From the NCBI GenBank assembly GCA_007128085.1, contig SKYC01000051.1:1-25485 (forward strand): a DNA stretch of 25,485 nucleotides, written 5' to 3'. A program made the position numbers and the translations under genes. The notes below the pieces were generated by a model that saw only the letters and a list, made by a program, of their open reading frames with translations, did not search any database and was not told the DNA's origin. Source of the stretch: Saprospiraceae bacterium. Lineage in GTDB: Bacteria; Bacteroidota; Bacteroidia; Chitinophagales; Saprospiraceae. Shown piece by piece: positions 8,816-17,557 of the stretch (positions are counted from its first letter, which is position 1; each line of letters opens with the position of its first letter).

Positions 8816-9337
8816 ATGTTGAAAAATATACTTTTATTTTCTCTGCTCCTTTTGCTTTTTTCCTGTTCCGGTGAAAAAGGGGGAGAGGATGCGACCAACG
8901 GCTCCGAGCCGGATCCTTCGGGTACACTTAGTGTGACCAATCCCGAATATATCAGGGAAAGTGGTGACCCCGTTCCCGAAGACGGAATCACTTATGCTGT
9001 AGCCAATGCAGAGACCAAAGAACTCACCATTGATGAATTTCGCGCGAACATCAACAATGGCGATGCTGACGTGGTTTTGATAGATGTGAGAACTCCGGTG
9101 GAATGGGACAACGGACGAATTCCCAATAGTGAGTTTATGAATTTTTACGACGACGATTTCAGGTCAAAACTGGCTGAAATTTCCAGAGATAAAAAACTTT
9201 ACTTTTACTGCGCTTCAGGTCTGCGTTCCGACAAAGCCATGGAGGTTGCAAAATCCCTGGGTTTTAAATACAGCGCTCACTTCAGAGGTGGGATGAATAT
9301 GTGGTCCAAAAAGGACTATGAAATTGAAAAAGATTAA
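8816..9337 (+). CDS. Rhodanese-domain lipoprotein
   Basis: Lipobox LLFSC (Cys17), LIDVRTPVEW motif and active-site loop YCASGLRS. Confidence 0.88.
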   Translation: MLKNILLFSLLLLLFSCSGEKGGEDATNGSEPDPSGTLSVTNPEYIRESGDPVPEDGITYAVANAETKELTIDEFRANINNGDADVVLIDVRTPVEWDNGRIPNSEFMNFYDDDFRSKLAEISRDKKLYFYCASGLRSDKAMEVAKSLGFKYSAHFRGGMNMWSKKDYEIEKD

Positions 9338-11065
9338 GTGAAGCCCGGGGTGTACAGACGATCGAACTATTTCCTTCTGTTTATTTTTTTGACTCTTCCG
9401 TTGACTGGAAATGCGCAATCGAATTCCCCTGTAATGCCCGAATACATTCGCTCTTTCTCGGCAGATTGGGGAGCACTGGAAAGGGTGTACACCATTCAGT
9501 ACAGCCCGGAATACTATGAGAGAATGGACGCATTGACGGAGGACTGGTTGCAGCGCCTGGCTGCTTTGCCATACGGCGAATTGAGTGGGAGCGATAAAAT
9601 AGATTATCAACTGTTGAAAAACGAGTTGAGGATCCGGGGTAACAGGTTGGTGCAGGATCGAACCCGGTATCAAAAGGTCAGTCATGTAGTGGATTTTGCA
9701 GAACCGCTTTATCAGTTTATCGTAGACAGGAGGCGAGGAGCTGCTCCGGACAGTCGAAAAGTGGCCGAAAATATGCAGGAGGCCATTGAAATGACAACCC
9801 TGAAGATGGACGATCTGAAGGGAGGAACACCATTCCCCTCTTGGCAAAGAGCCCGCTTGGCCGAAGAAGTGGTCAATGATCTGAGAAAAAATCTGGAATG
9901 GGCATTTTCCTTTTATCACCTGTACCATCCCGAATTCAGCTGGTGGGTCGAAAAACCACACGAAGACCTGCAGTTGAAGCTGGGCGAATACGCAGATTTT
10001 CTGAGTGAGTTTTTCTCCAATCCCGAGGAGTTGGACGACGGCAGTGGTATTTTTGGAAATCCGTTGGGAAGTGAAGCCCTTGAGAATGAAATTGCCTCAG
10101 AAATGATACCGTATACCGCTCAAGACCTGATCGATTACGCATGGGTTGAATTTGAGTGGTGTCGGGAGCAACTGAAAAAGGCTGCTGATGAAATGGGTTT
10201 TGGCGAAAACTACATGGAGGCCATAGAGCAAGTTAAAAATACATGGGTGGAACCCGGAGAACAACCCCCGCTCATCGGGTACTTTGCAGAAGAAGCCATT
10301 GAGTTCCTGGTGGAGAATGACTTGCTCACTATCCCTGAACTGGCAAAAGAGACCTGGAGAATGCGGATGCTCAGCCCCGAAATGCAGCGCTTCGCTCCTT
10401 TTTTTCTCGGTGGAGAGCAGGTGCAAATTGCTTTTCCGACAAGTACTATGGAGCACGATCTAAAGATGATGAGTCTGAGGGGTAATAACCCTCACTTCTC
10501 AAGGGCGGTGGTGCATCACGAATTGATTCCGGGCCACCACTTGCAGCAATTTAAGGCGAGCAGATACAACGTCCACCGCAATGCCTTCCGGACGCCCTTT
10601 TGGGTAGAGGGATGGGCTCTGTACTGGGAAATGCTGCTCTGGGAAAAGAATTTTGCCCACAATGCCGAAGACAAAATTGGAATGCTCTTTTGGAGAATTC
10701 ACCGGGCTGCCAGGATTATTTTTTCACTGAAATACCATCTGGGAGAAATGACGCCCGCCGAATGCATCGATTTTCTGGTCGAGCATGTGGGGCACGAAAG
10801 AGCCAATGCCGAAGCCGAAGTGCGGAGGTCTTTTGAAGGCCGGTACGGACCCCTTTATCAAATCTCTTATATGGTGGGTGGATTGCAGATGATGGCTCTG
10901 AGATCTGAACTCGTTGATTCCGGAAAAATGGACGAAAAGGCCTTCCACGATCGAATCATGAGAGAAAACAGCATGCCTGTTGAAATGCTCAGGGCCCTGC
11001 TCCTGGAAGAATACCCCCCCAGAGATCACAAGACCTCGTGGTACTTCCTGGATCAATTGAGATAA
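9338..11065 (+). CDS. Secreted DUF885 family protein (putative metallopeptidase)
   Basis: Signal peptide, HHELIPGHHLQ and VEGWALYWE motifs, and GQI-like LYQISYMVG. The GTG start directly abuts the upstream TAA. Confidence 0.88.
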   Translation: MKPGVYRRSNYFLLFIFLTLPLTGNAQSNSPVMPEYIRSFSADWGALERVYTIQYSPEYYERMDALTEDWLQRLAALPYGELSGSDKIDYQLLKNELRIRGNRLVQDRTRYQKVSHVVDFAEPLYQFIVDRRRGAAPDSRKVAENMQEAIEMTTLKMDDLKGGTPFPSWQRARLAEEVVNDLRKNLEWAFSFYHLYHPEFSWWVEKPHEDLQLKLGEYADFLSEFFSNPEELDDGSGIFGNPLGSEALENEIASEMIPYTAQDLIDYAWVEFEWCREQLKKAADEMGFGENYMEAIEQVKNTWVEPGEQPPLIGYFAEEAIEFLVENDLLTIPELAKETWRMRMLSPEMQRFAPFFLGGEQVQIAFPTSTMEHDLKMMSLRGNNPHFSRAVVHHELIPGHHLQQFKASRYNVHRNAFRTPFWVEGWALYWEMLLWEKNFAHNAEDKIGMLFWRIHRAARIIFSLKYHLGEMTPAECIDFLVEHVGHERANAEAEVRRSFEGRYGPLYQISYMVGGLQMMALRSELVDSGKMDEKAFHDRIMRENSMPVEMLRALLLEEYPPRDHKTSWYFLDQLR

Positions 11066-11082
11066 GAACCACCGCTTGGGAA

Positions 11083-11748
11083 TCAGCGCTTCTTTTTAAA
11101 TGATTCACTGAACTCATTGAACTGCTTTTCCATTTCGTTAAACTCCTCTTTTACCTTTTTCGAAATGGCGTCCACATCTATTCGTTCCCCGTGCATCATC
11201 AAACGGTCTTTGGCCGTTTTGGCTTCCGGAGTAATGGCCCAGATGATGATGTAAACCAAAATTACGGTACCCGCTGACCCCAAAGCAAAGAGGACAAAGG
11301 CGATCCTTACCCAAACCGGGTCGGAAATCCCAAAATAAGCAGCCAGTCCGGAACAAGTTCCCGAAATGATGCGATTTTCCCGGTCCCTGTACAATCGCTT
11401 GCCTGTGGTGTACCTGGTTTTTGTCTTTTTCCTTTTTTCAAAAACATCCTCCCCGGAGGAGTTTGAATTGATCTGCTCCCATTCTTCCTCAGCTCCGAGG
11501 TCTTCGGGAGTTCCCATCACTTCGATGGCCCTTTTTACTTCAGTCATGGTGACAATCTGGCGGGTTTCCAGGTATTCGGTAAAAAGTTCTCCGAGCCGGG
11601 ATTCAATGTCCGCCAGGATTTCTTCAGACCCCTCCATCTGCTTGAAATGCACCTGTAAAAGCTTGAGATAGGCCGACAATTTTTCAAAGGCATCTTCGTC
11701 TATGGTAAACGGACGTCCACCTAAATTTACATTGACTACTTTTTTCAT
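11083..11748 (-). CDS. pspC: PspC-domain envelope stress membrane protein (short form)
   Basis: N-terminal MKKVVNVNLGG...IDEDAFEKLSAYL domain and PspC core RLYRDRENRIISGTCSGLAAYFGI...YIIIWAITP. ATGA overlap with padR. Confidence 0.85.
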   Translation of the reverse strand: MKKVVNVNLGGRPFTIDEDAFEKLSAYLKLLQVHFKQMEGSEEILADIESRLGELFTEYLETRQIVTMTEVKRAIEVMGTPEDLGAEEEWEQINSNSSGEDVFEKRKKTKTRYTTGKRLYRDRENRIISGTCSGLAAYFGISDPVWVRIAFVLFALGSAGTVILVYIIIWAITPEAKTAKDRLMMHGERIDVDAISKKVKEEFNEMEKQFNEFSESFKKKR

Positions 11749-12083
11749 TGTTTTGATTTTTTTGAGGTGAGACCCGAAACAGATTGAACCATTGTGTTCC
11801 AGGATTCTGTAAGTTGATTTAAAAACTCCTCTCCCGAAGGAGTGAGTTTGTAGTACTTTCGAGGAGGCCCGGCTTGTGACTCCAACCAGAAGTGGTCGAG
11901 GTGACCCGCTTTTTTTAAGCGACTCAACATGGGGTACAAGGTCCCCTCAACCACAATCAAATTTTCTTTTTTCAACCGTTCAATAATGTCTGAAGCATAG
12001 ACCTCCTCCCGGGAGATAATGGCGAGTATGCACATTTCAAGAACTCCTTTTTTCATTTGTGATCGTATTTTTTCCGTCTTCAT
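11745..12083 (-). CDS. PadR-family transcriptional regulator
   Basis: MKKGVLEMCIL, EGTLYPMLSRL and GPPRKYYKLTPSG motifs; 112 aa. Confidence 0.93.
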   Translation of the reverse strand: MKTEKIRSQMKKGVLEMCILAIISREEVYASDIIERLKKENLIVVEGTLYPMLSRLKKAGHLDHFWLESQAGPPRKYYKLTPSGEEFLNQLTESWNTMVQSVSGLTSKKSKQ

Positions 12084-12087
12084 ACCG

Positions 12088-12095
12088 CAAATATA
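12088..12095 (-). promoter_or_regulatory. -7 element TATATTTG immediately before padR
   Basis: Exact TAnnTTTG ending 4 nt before ATG 12083. Confidence 0.6.
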
Positions 12096-12104
12096 AGTAG
12101 AAAT

Positions 12105-12131
12105 AAGGAACCTTGCAATGCAAAGTACCTT
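12105..12131. promoter_or_regulatory. 27-bp imperfect palindrome, candidate PadR autoregulatory operator
   Basis: AAGGAACCTTGCA-A-TGCAAAGTACCTT, with 11/13 arm symmetry, in the -33 region of the padR promoter. Confidence 0.6.
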
Positions 12132-12263
12132 TATTTTGATAATTCTTCGACCAATGGGCTTTTTTTATCGATAAATGGATCGGGATCCGGCGGTGTACTT
12201 TCAAGCCCTGATTATTTATGAAGGAGGGGATAAGGGGTGGTGGGGCGGAGCCTTTTTTCTACC

Positions 12264-13433
12264 TTATTTTTTGCACAATCTCAGTCCGGTAAATTGCCAT
12301 CTCATTTGGGGGTGAAAAAAATTGCGGTAAGTAGTTCTGTGGTGCTCAGGGGGTGTAGCGATGCTGTGACCTTTGAGTACCATTTGATTCACCATAAATT
12401 TTCCATTGTACTCACCGATGGCTCCGGGTGGTTTTTTGTATCCGGGATAGGGTAAGTAGGCGCTGTGAGTGTGTTCCCACCTGAGTCCGGTTTTTAGTTT
12501 TGGAGCAGCCACCTCCCATTCTGCTTCGGTGGGCAATCGCATTTTTTTCCATTCTGCAAATGCAAAAGCCTCGTAAAAACAGAGGTGCGTAATGGGTTCG
12601 TCTGTTTGCAAGGGTGTCAATCCACTCAATTTGAAAGTATTCCAACCGTTTGGTGTTTCTACCCAATAGAGTGGATGTCGGATGTGTTGCTGGTTTTTCC
12701 ACTCCCATCCATCGCTGTGCCAGAAAGTCGGGTTTTCGTAGCCTCCGTCCTCCATAAATGCGAGGTATTCCCCGTTGGTGATCAAACGGGTGGATATTTC
12801 GAAAGGCTGTAAAAAACAGTTGTGAGCAGGTCTTTCGTTGTCAAAGGAAAAGAGCTTTTCGTCGGTACCTATGGCGTAAATTCCCTCCGGGATTTTTATG
12901 AATGTACTTTCTGAGACTCCTTCTTTTCCCTCGTTAAAATTTTTATCGTAAATCGGGTAGAGGGGATTTTGAGCGAGGGAGTATTTGATGTCGGTCAGCA
13001 ATAACTCCTGATGCTGTTGTTCGTGGTGAATGCCGGTCAAAAATGTTTCCAGGGCATCATCCGTCCATTGGGGTATCAATTGATTCATGTGTCGGTCCAC
13101 ATGGTCTCTGTATTGTAAAACTTCCTCTACCGAGGGCCTGCTGATGAGGCCGCGCTGGTCTCTGGGCGTCCGCTCCCCCTTGCTGTCGTAATAACTGTTG
13201 AAAAGGAAGTTGAAGTCGGGGTGAAATACCCGGTAATCGGGCAGGTGTTTTTTTAGCAAAAACTCCTCGAAAAACCAAGTAGTGTGAGCGAGATGCCATT
13301 TGGGCGGACTGGTGAAAATGGCCGCTTGCAATCCGAAATCCTCTGTTTTGAGTGGGGCGGTGAGTTTGAGACTGTGGTCCCGCACTTTTCTATAGAGGCT
13401 TAAGTGATTTTCTGTTATTGAATCTTGAGTCAT
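12264..13433 (-). CDS. egtB: Ergothioneine biosynthesis sulfoxide synthase EgtB (DinB_2 + FGE-like domains), type II-like
   Basis: WHLAHTTWFFE (His50), FNSYY (Tyr81/Tyr82), HHEQQHQEL (His137/His141), and FGE-like FDNERPAH, RLPTEAEWE and RNFFHPQMRWQFTGLRL. Confidence 0.88.
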   Translation of the reverse strand: MTQDSITENHLSLYRKVRDHSLKLTAPLKTEDFGLQAAIFTSPPKWHLAHTTWFFEEFLLKKHLPDYRVFHPDFNFLFNSYYDSKGERTPRDQRGLISRPSVEEVLQYRDHVDRHMNQLIPQWTDDALETFLTGIHHEQQHQELLLTDIKYSLAQNPLYPIYDKNFNEGKEGVSESTFIKIPEGIYAIGTDEKLFSFDNERPAHNCFLQPFEISTRLITNGEYLAFMEDGGYENPTFWHSDGWEWKNQQHIRHPLYWVETPNGWNTFKLSGLTPLQTDEPITHLCFYEAFAFAEWKKMRLPTEAEWEVAAPKLKTGLRWEHTHSAYLPYPGYKKPPGAIGEYNGKFMVNQMVLKGHSIATPPEHHRTTYRNFFHPQMRWQFTGLRLCKK

Positions 13434-13448
13434 AAGTCAATGTTTATG

Positions 13449-14660
13449 TTATTTCAGTCGACTTTCAATGACAATGGTTTGTGTCAGGGATTTGTGTACG
13501 GGGCATTTATCGGCTATTTCCAACATTCGCTTTTTTTGTTTATCATCCAGGTCTCCATCCAATTCAATGGTGCGGGTGATGTGATCCAGCTTTTCATTTT
13601 TGTCCGTATTCTCCGCATCGCTTACGTGCTTTTTTTCGTGTTGCAGATGTATTCTGACTTCTTTGAGATCCCATTTTTTGTGGTTGGCGTACATGCGCAG
13701 CGTCATGGCCGTACAGCTTCCAAGGGAGGCGTTGAGCAAGTCGTAGGGAGATGGGCCGTAATCGTAACCACCGGCCGATCGCGGTTCATCGGCCATAAGA
13801 CTGTGTTTGCCCATTTGAATTTGAGTGGTAAATTTATCCTCCTCGTCTCCCAGTCTTACCCATGTGCCTTCTGTACTTTCGGCTACCGGATCCGACTTGT
13901 GATCGAGATACCTCTTTGCCCAGGAAGCGATGAGTTCGCCGGTGTAAAGGCCATCTTCTTCCCGGGAGAGCAGGTGGTCTGCCCCATCGAGGCTGACAAA
14001 ACTTTTGGGATGCATAGCGGCTGTATAAATTTTTTCTGCCTCTCCTATACTTACGATTCGATCCTGAGGAGAATGAAGAATGAGCAGAGATTTTTTTAGT
14101 TTCTTAAGTCTATTTTTGATGCTGTTTTTCTCCAGATCCTCCAGGAATTGGCTTTTGATGGTAAAGCTTCTGCCTGCAATGGTGACTTTTGCTTTTCCCT
14201 CTGACTTGATTTCATCGATGTCGGATTCTATCAGGTGCTTAACATGCAGGGGATCAGCGGGGCTGCCGATGGTTGCTACAGCCCGCAAATCCGGCAATTC
14301 GGAAGCTGCGATAAGTGCGGCAGTGCCTCCGAGTGAGTGTCCGATCATCAAGACGGGGGGCTTGTGGTTTTCTTTCATATAACTACAGGCCGAGAGAAGA
14401 TCACTAACCTGAGAGCTGAAGTTGGTTTCAGAAAAATCTCCCTCGCTTTGTCCCAGGCCCGTGAAATCGAATCGGAGAAGTCCGAAGCCTTTATTGGTCA
14501 GTCCATCTGCTATGTTTCTTACAGCGCGTAAGTCTTTTGAACAGGTGAAACAATGAGCAAAAATAGCGAAATGTTGGGGCTTATGAGTGACCGGCATTTC
14601 CAGTCGAGCGGACAAGGTCACTCCGTCCCGGTTTTTAAAACTTATTTTTTTTGATTTCAT
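13449..14660 (-). CDS. Bifunctional alpha/beta-hydrolase / OsmC-family protein
   Basis: FAHCFTCSKD, GHSLGG nucleophile elbow, HSPQD and GADH acid/base motifs. The C-terminal OsmC domain carries two Cys (SLGSCTAMT, ADKCPVH). Confidence 0.9.
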   Translation of the reverse strand: MKSKKISFKNRDGVTLSARLEMPVTHKPQHFAIFAHCFTCSKDLRAVRNIADGLTNKGFGLLRFDFTGLGQSEGDFSETNFSSQVSDLLSACSYMKENHKPPVLMIGHSLGGTAALIAASELPDLRAVATIGSPADPLHVKHLIESDIDEIKSEGKAKVTIAGRSFTIKSQFLEDLEKNSIKNRLKKLKKSLLILHSPQDRIVSIGEAEKIYTAAMHPKSFVSLDGADHLLSREEDGLYTGELIASWAKRYLDHKSDPVAESTEGTWVRLGDEEDKFTTQIQMGKHSLMADEPRSAGGYDYGPSPYDLLNASLGSCTAMTLRMYANHKKWDLKEVRIHLQHEKKHVSDAENTDKNEKLDHITRTIELDGDLDDKQKKRMLEIADKCPVHKSLTQTIVIESRLK

Positions 14661-14843
14661 GGATGTTCTAATTAGAATGAATTCCGGTTGCGCGGAAAAT
14701 GACAGGACAAATTACCCCTGTATAAGTTAAAGGAACGGAATGAAACTATGTTCAATGGGAATAAAAATCAATCCGGCTTGAGCTGGAGCGCAGACGGATC
14801 AGCGGGTTCAATTTTTGCATCTGTCTAGGCTCTGTTTTTATTG

Positions 14844-14858
14844 TTTTGTTAAACAAAA
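14844..14858. repeat. Perfect 7-bp inverted repeat TTTTGTT-A-AACAAAA in the divergent promoter region
   Basis: Read directly from the sequence. It is AT-rich, so its significance is modest. Confidence 0.35.
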
Positions 14859-14879
14859 ATCAGGTTTCCAATATTTTAA

Positions 14880-14887
14880 TACCTTTG
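14880..14887 (+). promoter_or_regulatory. -7 element TACCTTTG for the PIG-L operon
   Basis: Exact TAnnTTTG 19 nt upstream of ATG 14907. Confidence 0.55.
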
Positions 14888-14906
14888 GGTCAAACAATGC
14901 AGAGTT

Positions 14907-17393
14907 ATGGCGAGAATTACTCTTTTGTTGCTTTTCTTTACAGGGAGCACTTTCCTTTTCGGGCAGATCCCGGTTCACTACAGTTCTTCTGAGATTCATC
15001 ACGAAATCAAGAAGTTGAATACACTGGGGACTGTTTTGTATGTGGCTGCCCATCCTGACGATGAAAATACCCGGCTGATATCGTGGCTGGTCAATCACAG
15101 ACATGTGGAGACCACCTATATTTCTACGACACGGGGAGGAGGAGGACAAAATCTGATCGGCCCCGAGTTGGGAGATGAGATGGGGGTCATCCGGACTCAG
15201 GAATTGTTGGGTGCCCGGAGGATAGATGGTGGAAATCAGTTTTTTGCCAGGACCCGGGACTTTGGATTCAGCAAGCATCCTGATGAGACATTTGATATGT
15301 GGGGCAAGGAAGAATCCCTGTCCGATGTAGTTTGGGCGATACGCAAACATAGGCCCGATGTGGTGATCAACCGATTTGACCACCGCTCACCGGGAAGGAC
15401 GCACGGACACCATACCGCCGCAGCCATTCTGGGGTACGAGGCATTTGATTTGAGCAGCGACCCCGAGGCCTTTCCCTATCATTTGGAATACGCTGAGCCC
15501 TGGCAGCCCCGCCGATTGTTTTTCAATACCTCCTGGTGGTTTTTTGGCAGCAGGGAGCGATTTGAGGAGGCCGACAAGTCCGACATGGTCACAGCCGACA
15601 TTGGCGTTTACCTACCCTTGTTGGGAGAGTCGAATTCAGAGATTGCAGGACGGAGCCGAAGTATGCACAAGTGCCAGGGGTTTGGTGCAGCGTCTACCCG
15701 CGGCAGTCAGATAGAATACATGGAGTTTTTAAAGGGAGAGGGGTTGAACGGCAGTAACGATTTGTTTGAGGGAATTGATATTACCTGGAACCGGGTAGAT
15801 CCGAGCGGTCGTCTTTTAGAACTGGGAAAAAGGCTGGACGCCGAATTTGATCATCGCCATCCGGAGAAATCCATTGAGACCTTGCTGGCCATGAAGGATT
15901 TGATTGAAAAAATCGAGGATGATTTTTGGAAGGAAAAAAAGTTAGAAGAGGTCAAAGATTTGATTCTGTGGTGTGCCGGGCTTTTTCTGGAGACTGCCGC
16001 TGACAGGCAGTACGCCACGGCAGGAGAGGAAGTGGAGTTTACAACGGAGGTGACTTTGCGTTTGCCCATTGAGGCCACGTTGACCAGAATGGGCTTTTAC
16101 CCCAATGGTACAGATACCACCATGAACCTTTCTCTCGAGCACAACCGGGCGTATAAATTTTACGACAACTTAGACATACCTTTGGATGCTTCGCTGACCA
16201 CCCCCTATTGGTTGGTTGAAAAGGGAAGCAGTGGCCTTCAGGACGTACCGGATCAAAATATGCGGGGAGTGCCCGAGACGCCACCCTATCTCTATGTCGA
16301 TTACGAATTGGAGATTTCGGGAAGAAAATTGCATTACCGGTTGCCGGTCATCTACAAATACGTAAACCCCGCTGATGGAGAGATCTACGAGCGATTTGAT
16401 ATACTTCCCCGGGTTACGACTCAATTTATGAGTAACACTTTTATTTTTGGTGACGATGGTGCGCGGGAAATTGAAGTGGCTGTGCGAGGGGCGAAAGACA
16501 ATATTGGGGGAGAGTTGAGTTTGATTCTGCCCGATGGCTGGGAGGCAAGTGAAACAAATTGGGACTTTCACGTTTCCCGCAAGGGGCAGACCAGGGTATT
16601 TACGACTACCTTAAAACCCCCGCCTTACGCAAGTGATGAGACCCTTAAATTACAAGCGACAGTGGACGGTGAGATTTACGACAGGAGTCTGACGGTCATA
16701 GAGTACGATTACATTCCAAAACTCAATGTTTTATCGCATGCCGAAGCCCGGGCAGTAAAAGTCGATGTAGAGATAGCCGGGAACCGCATCGCCTACATCA
16801 TGGGTGCGGGGGACGATATTCCTGCAGCGCTCCGGCAAATTGGGTATCGTGTAGACATGCTGGAACCCTCTGAGCTCCTCACTGCTCCTATTTCCCATTA
16901 CCGGGCTGTGGTTACGGGAATTCGCGCTTACAATACAGTGAATGAACTTGGATTCGCCCAGGAGCGAATGTTTGAATACGTTAAAAACGGGGGCAATCTC
17001 ATCGTACAATACAATACCGGATTTAGGTTGAATACGGATCAGATCGCTCCCTACCACTTGAATATCTCCAGGTACAGGGTTACCAATCACGAGGCGGAAG
17101 TTAGATTTCTCGCCCCTGAACACCCGGTGTTAAATTTCCCCAACACCATTACAGAAAAAGATTTTGAGGGTTGGGTGCAGGAAAGGGGATTGTACTTTGC
17201 GGATGAGTGGGGCGATGAATTTACAGCGGTACTCGGAGCGAATGATCCCAACGAGCCATCCAGAGACGGAGGGCTTCTCATAGCGCCCTATGGGGAGGGG
17301 TATTACATTTATACCGGGTATGCCTGGTTCAGGCAGTTGCCGGCCGGAGTTCCCGGTGCCTTCAGACTTTTTGCTAACATACTATCACTCTGA
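14907..17393 (+). CDS. Secreted PIG-L/LmbE-family Zn-dependent de-N-acetylase with C-terminal accessory domains
   Basis: Signal peptide, VAAHPDDE and THGHH metal motifs. The C-terminus looks like an Ig/NEW3-type domain plus a class I GATase-like fold (RIAYIMGAGDD, GGNLIVQY). Confidence 0.88.
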   Translation: MARITLLLLFFTGSTFLFGQIPVHYSSSEIHHEIKKLNTLGTVLYVAAHPDDENTRLISWLVNHRHVETTYISTTRGGGGQNLIGPELGDEMGVIRTQELLGARRIDGGNQFFARTRDFGFSKHPDETFDMWGKEESLSDVVWAIRKHRPDVVINRFDHRSPGRTHGHHTAAAILGYEAFDLSSDPEAFPYHLEYAEPWQPRRLFFNTSWWFFGSRERFEEADKSDMVTADIGVYLPLLGESNSEIAGRSRSMHKCQGFGAASTRGSQIEYMEFLKGEGLNGSNDLFEGIDITWNRVDPSGRLLELGKRLDAEFDHRHPEKSIETLLAMKDLIEKIEDDFWKEKKLEEVKDLILWCAGLFLETAADRQYATAGEEVEFTTEVTLRLPIEATLTRMGFYPNGTDTTMNLSLEHNRAYKFYDNLDIPLDASLTTPYWLVEKGSSGLQDVPDQNMRGVPETPPYLYVDYELEISGRKLHYRLPVIYKYVNPADGEIYERFDILPRVTTQFMSNTFIFGDDGAREIEVAVRGAKDNIGGELSLILPDGWEASETNWDFHVSRKGQTRVFTTTLKPPPYASDETLKLQATVDGEIYDRSLTVIEYDYIPKLNVLSHAEARAVKVDVEIAGNRIAYIMGAGDDIPAALRQIGYRVDMLEPSELLTAPISHYRAVVTGIRAYNTVNELGFAQERMFEYVKNGGNLIVQYNTGFRLNTDQIAPYHLNISRYRVTNHEAEVRFLAPEHPVLNFPNTITEKDFEGWVQERGLYFADEWGDEFTAVLGANDPNEPSRDGGLLIAPYGEGYYIYTGYAWFRQLPAGVPGAFRLFANILSL

Positions 17394-17397
17394 GAAA

Positions 17398-17553
17398 ATG
17401 AATAGAGAAGAGAAGTCATCTATGTACGTGGGACCGGATAAGGAAAAAGCTCCAATATTGGGTAGCTGGAAGCGCATTTACATTTGGTTGATGTTGCTGA
17501 ACGTCATTTTTGCTGTCCTCTTTTACATCTTTATGCGAATCTATACCTACTGA
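17398..17553 (+). CDS. 51-aa single-pass membrane protein, candidate symporter accessory subunit
   Basis: MNREEKSSMYVGPDKEKAPILGSWKRIYIWLMLLNVIFAVLFYIFMRIYTY. It fills the gap between PIG-L and the symporter exactly, with a 4-nt spacer on each side, and has one C-terminal hydrophobic helix. Confidence 0.7.
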   Translation: MNREEKSSMYVGPDKEKAPILGSWKRIYIWLMLLNVIFAVLFYIFMRIYTY

Positions 17554-17557
17554 ACTT

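Noticed and set aside
12264-13433. Selenoneine synthase SenA or ovothiol synthase OvoA
   Set aside because: There is no senB or selD nearby and no C-terminal methyltransferase domain. SenA cannot be fully excluded without a phylogeny.
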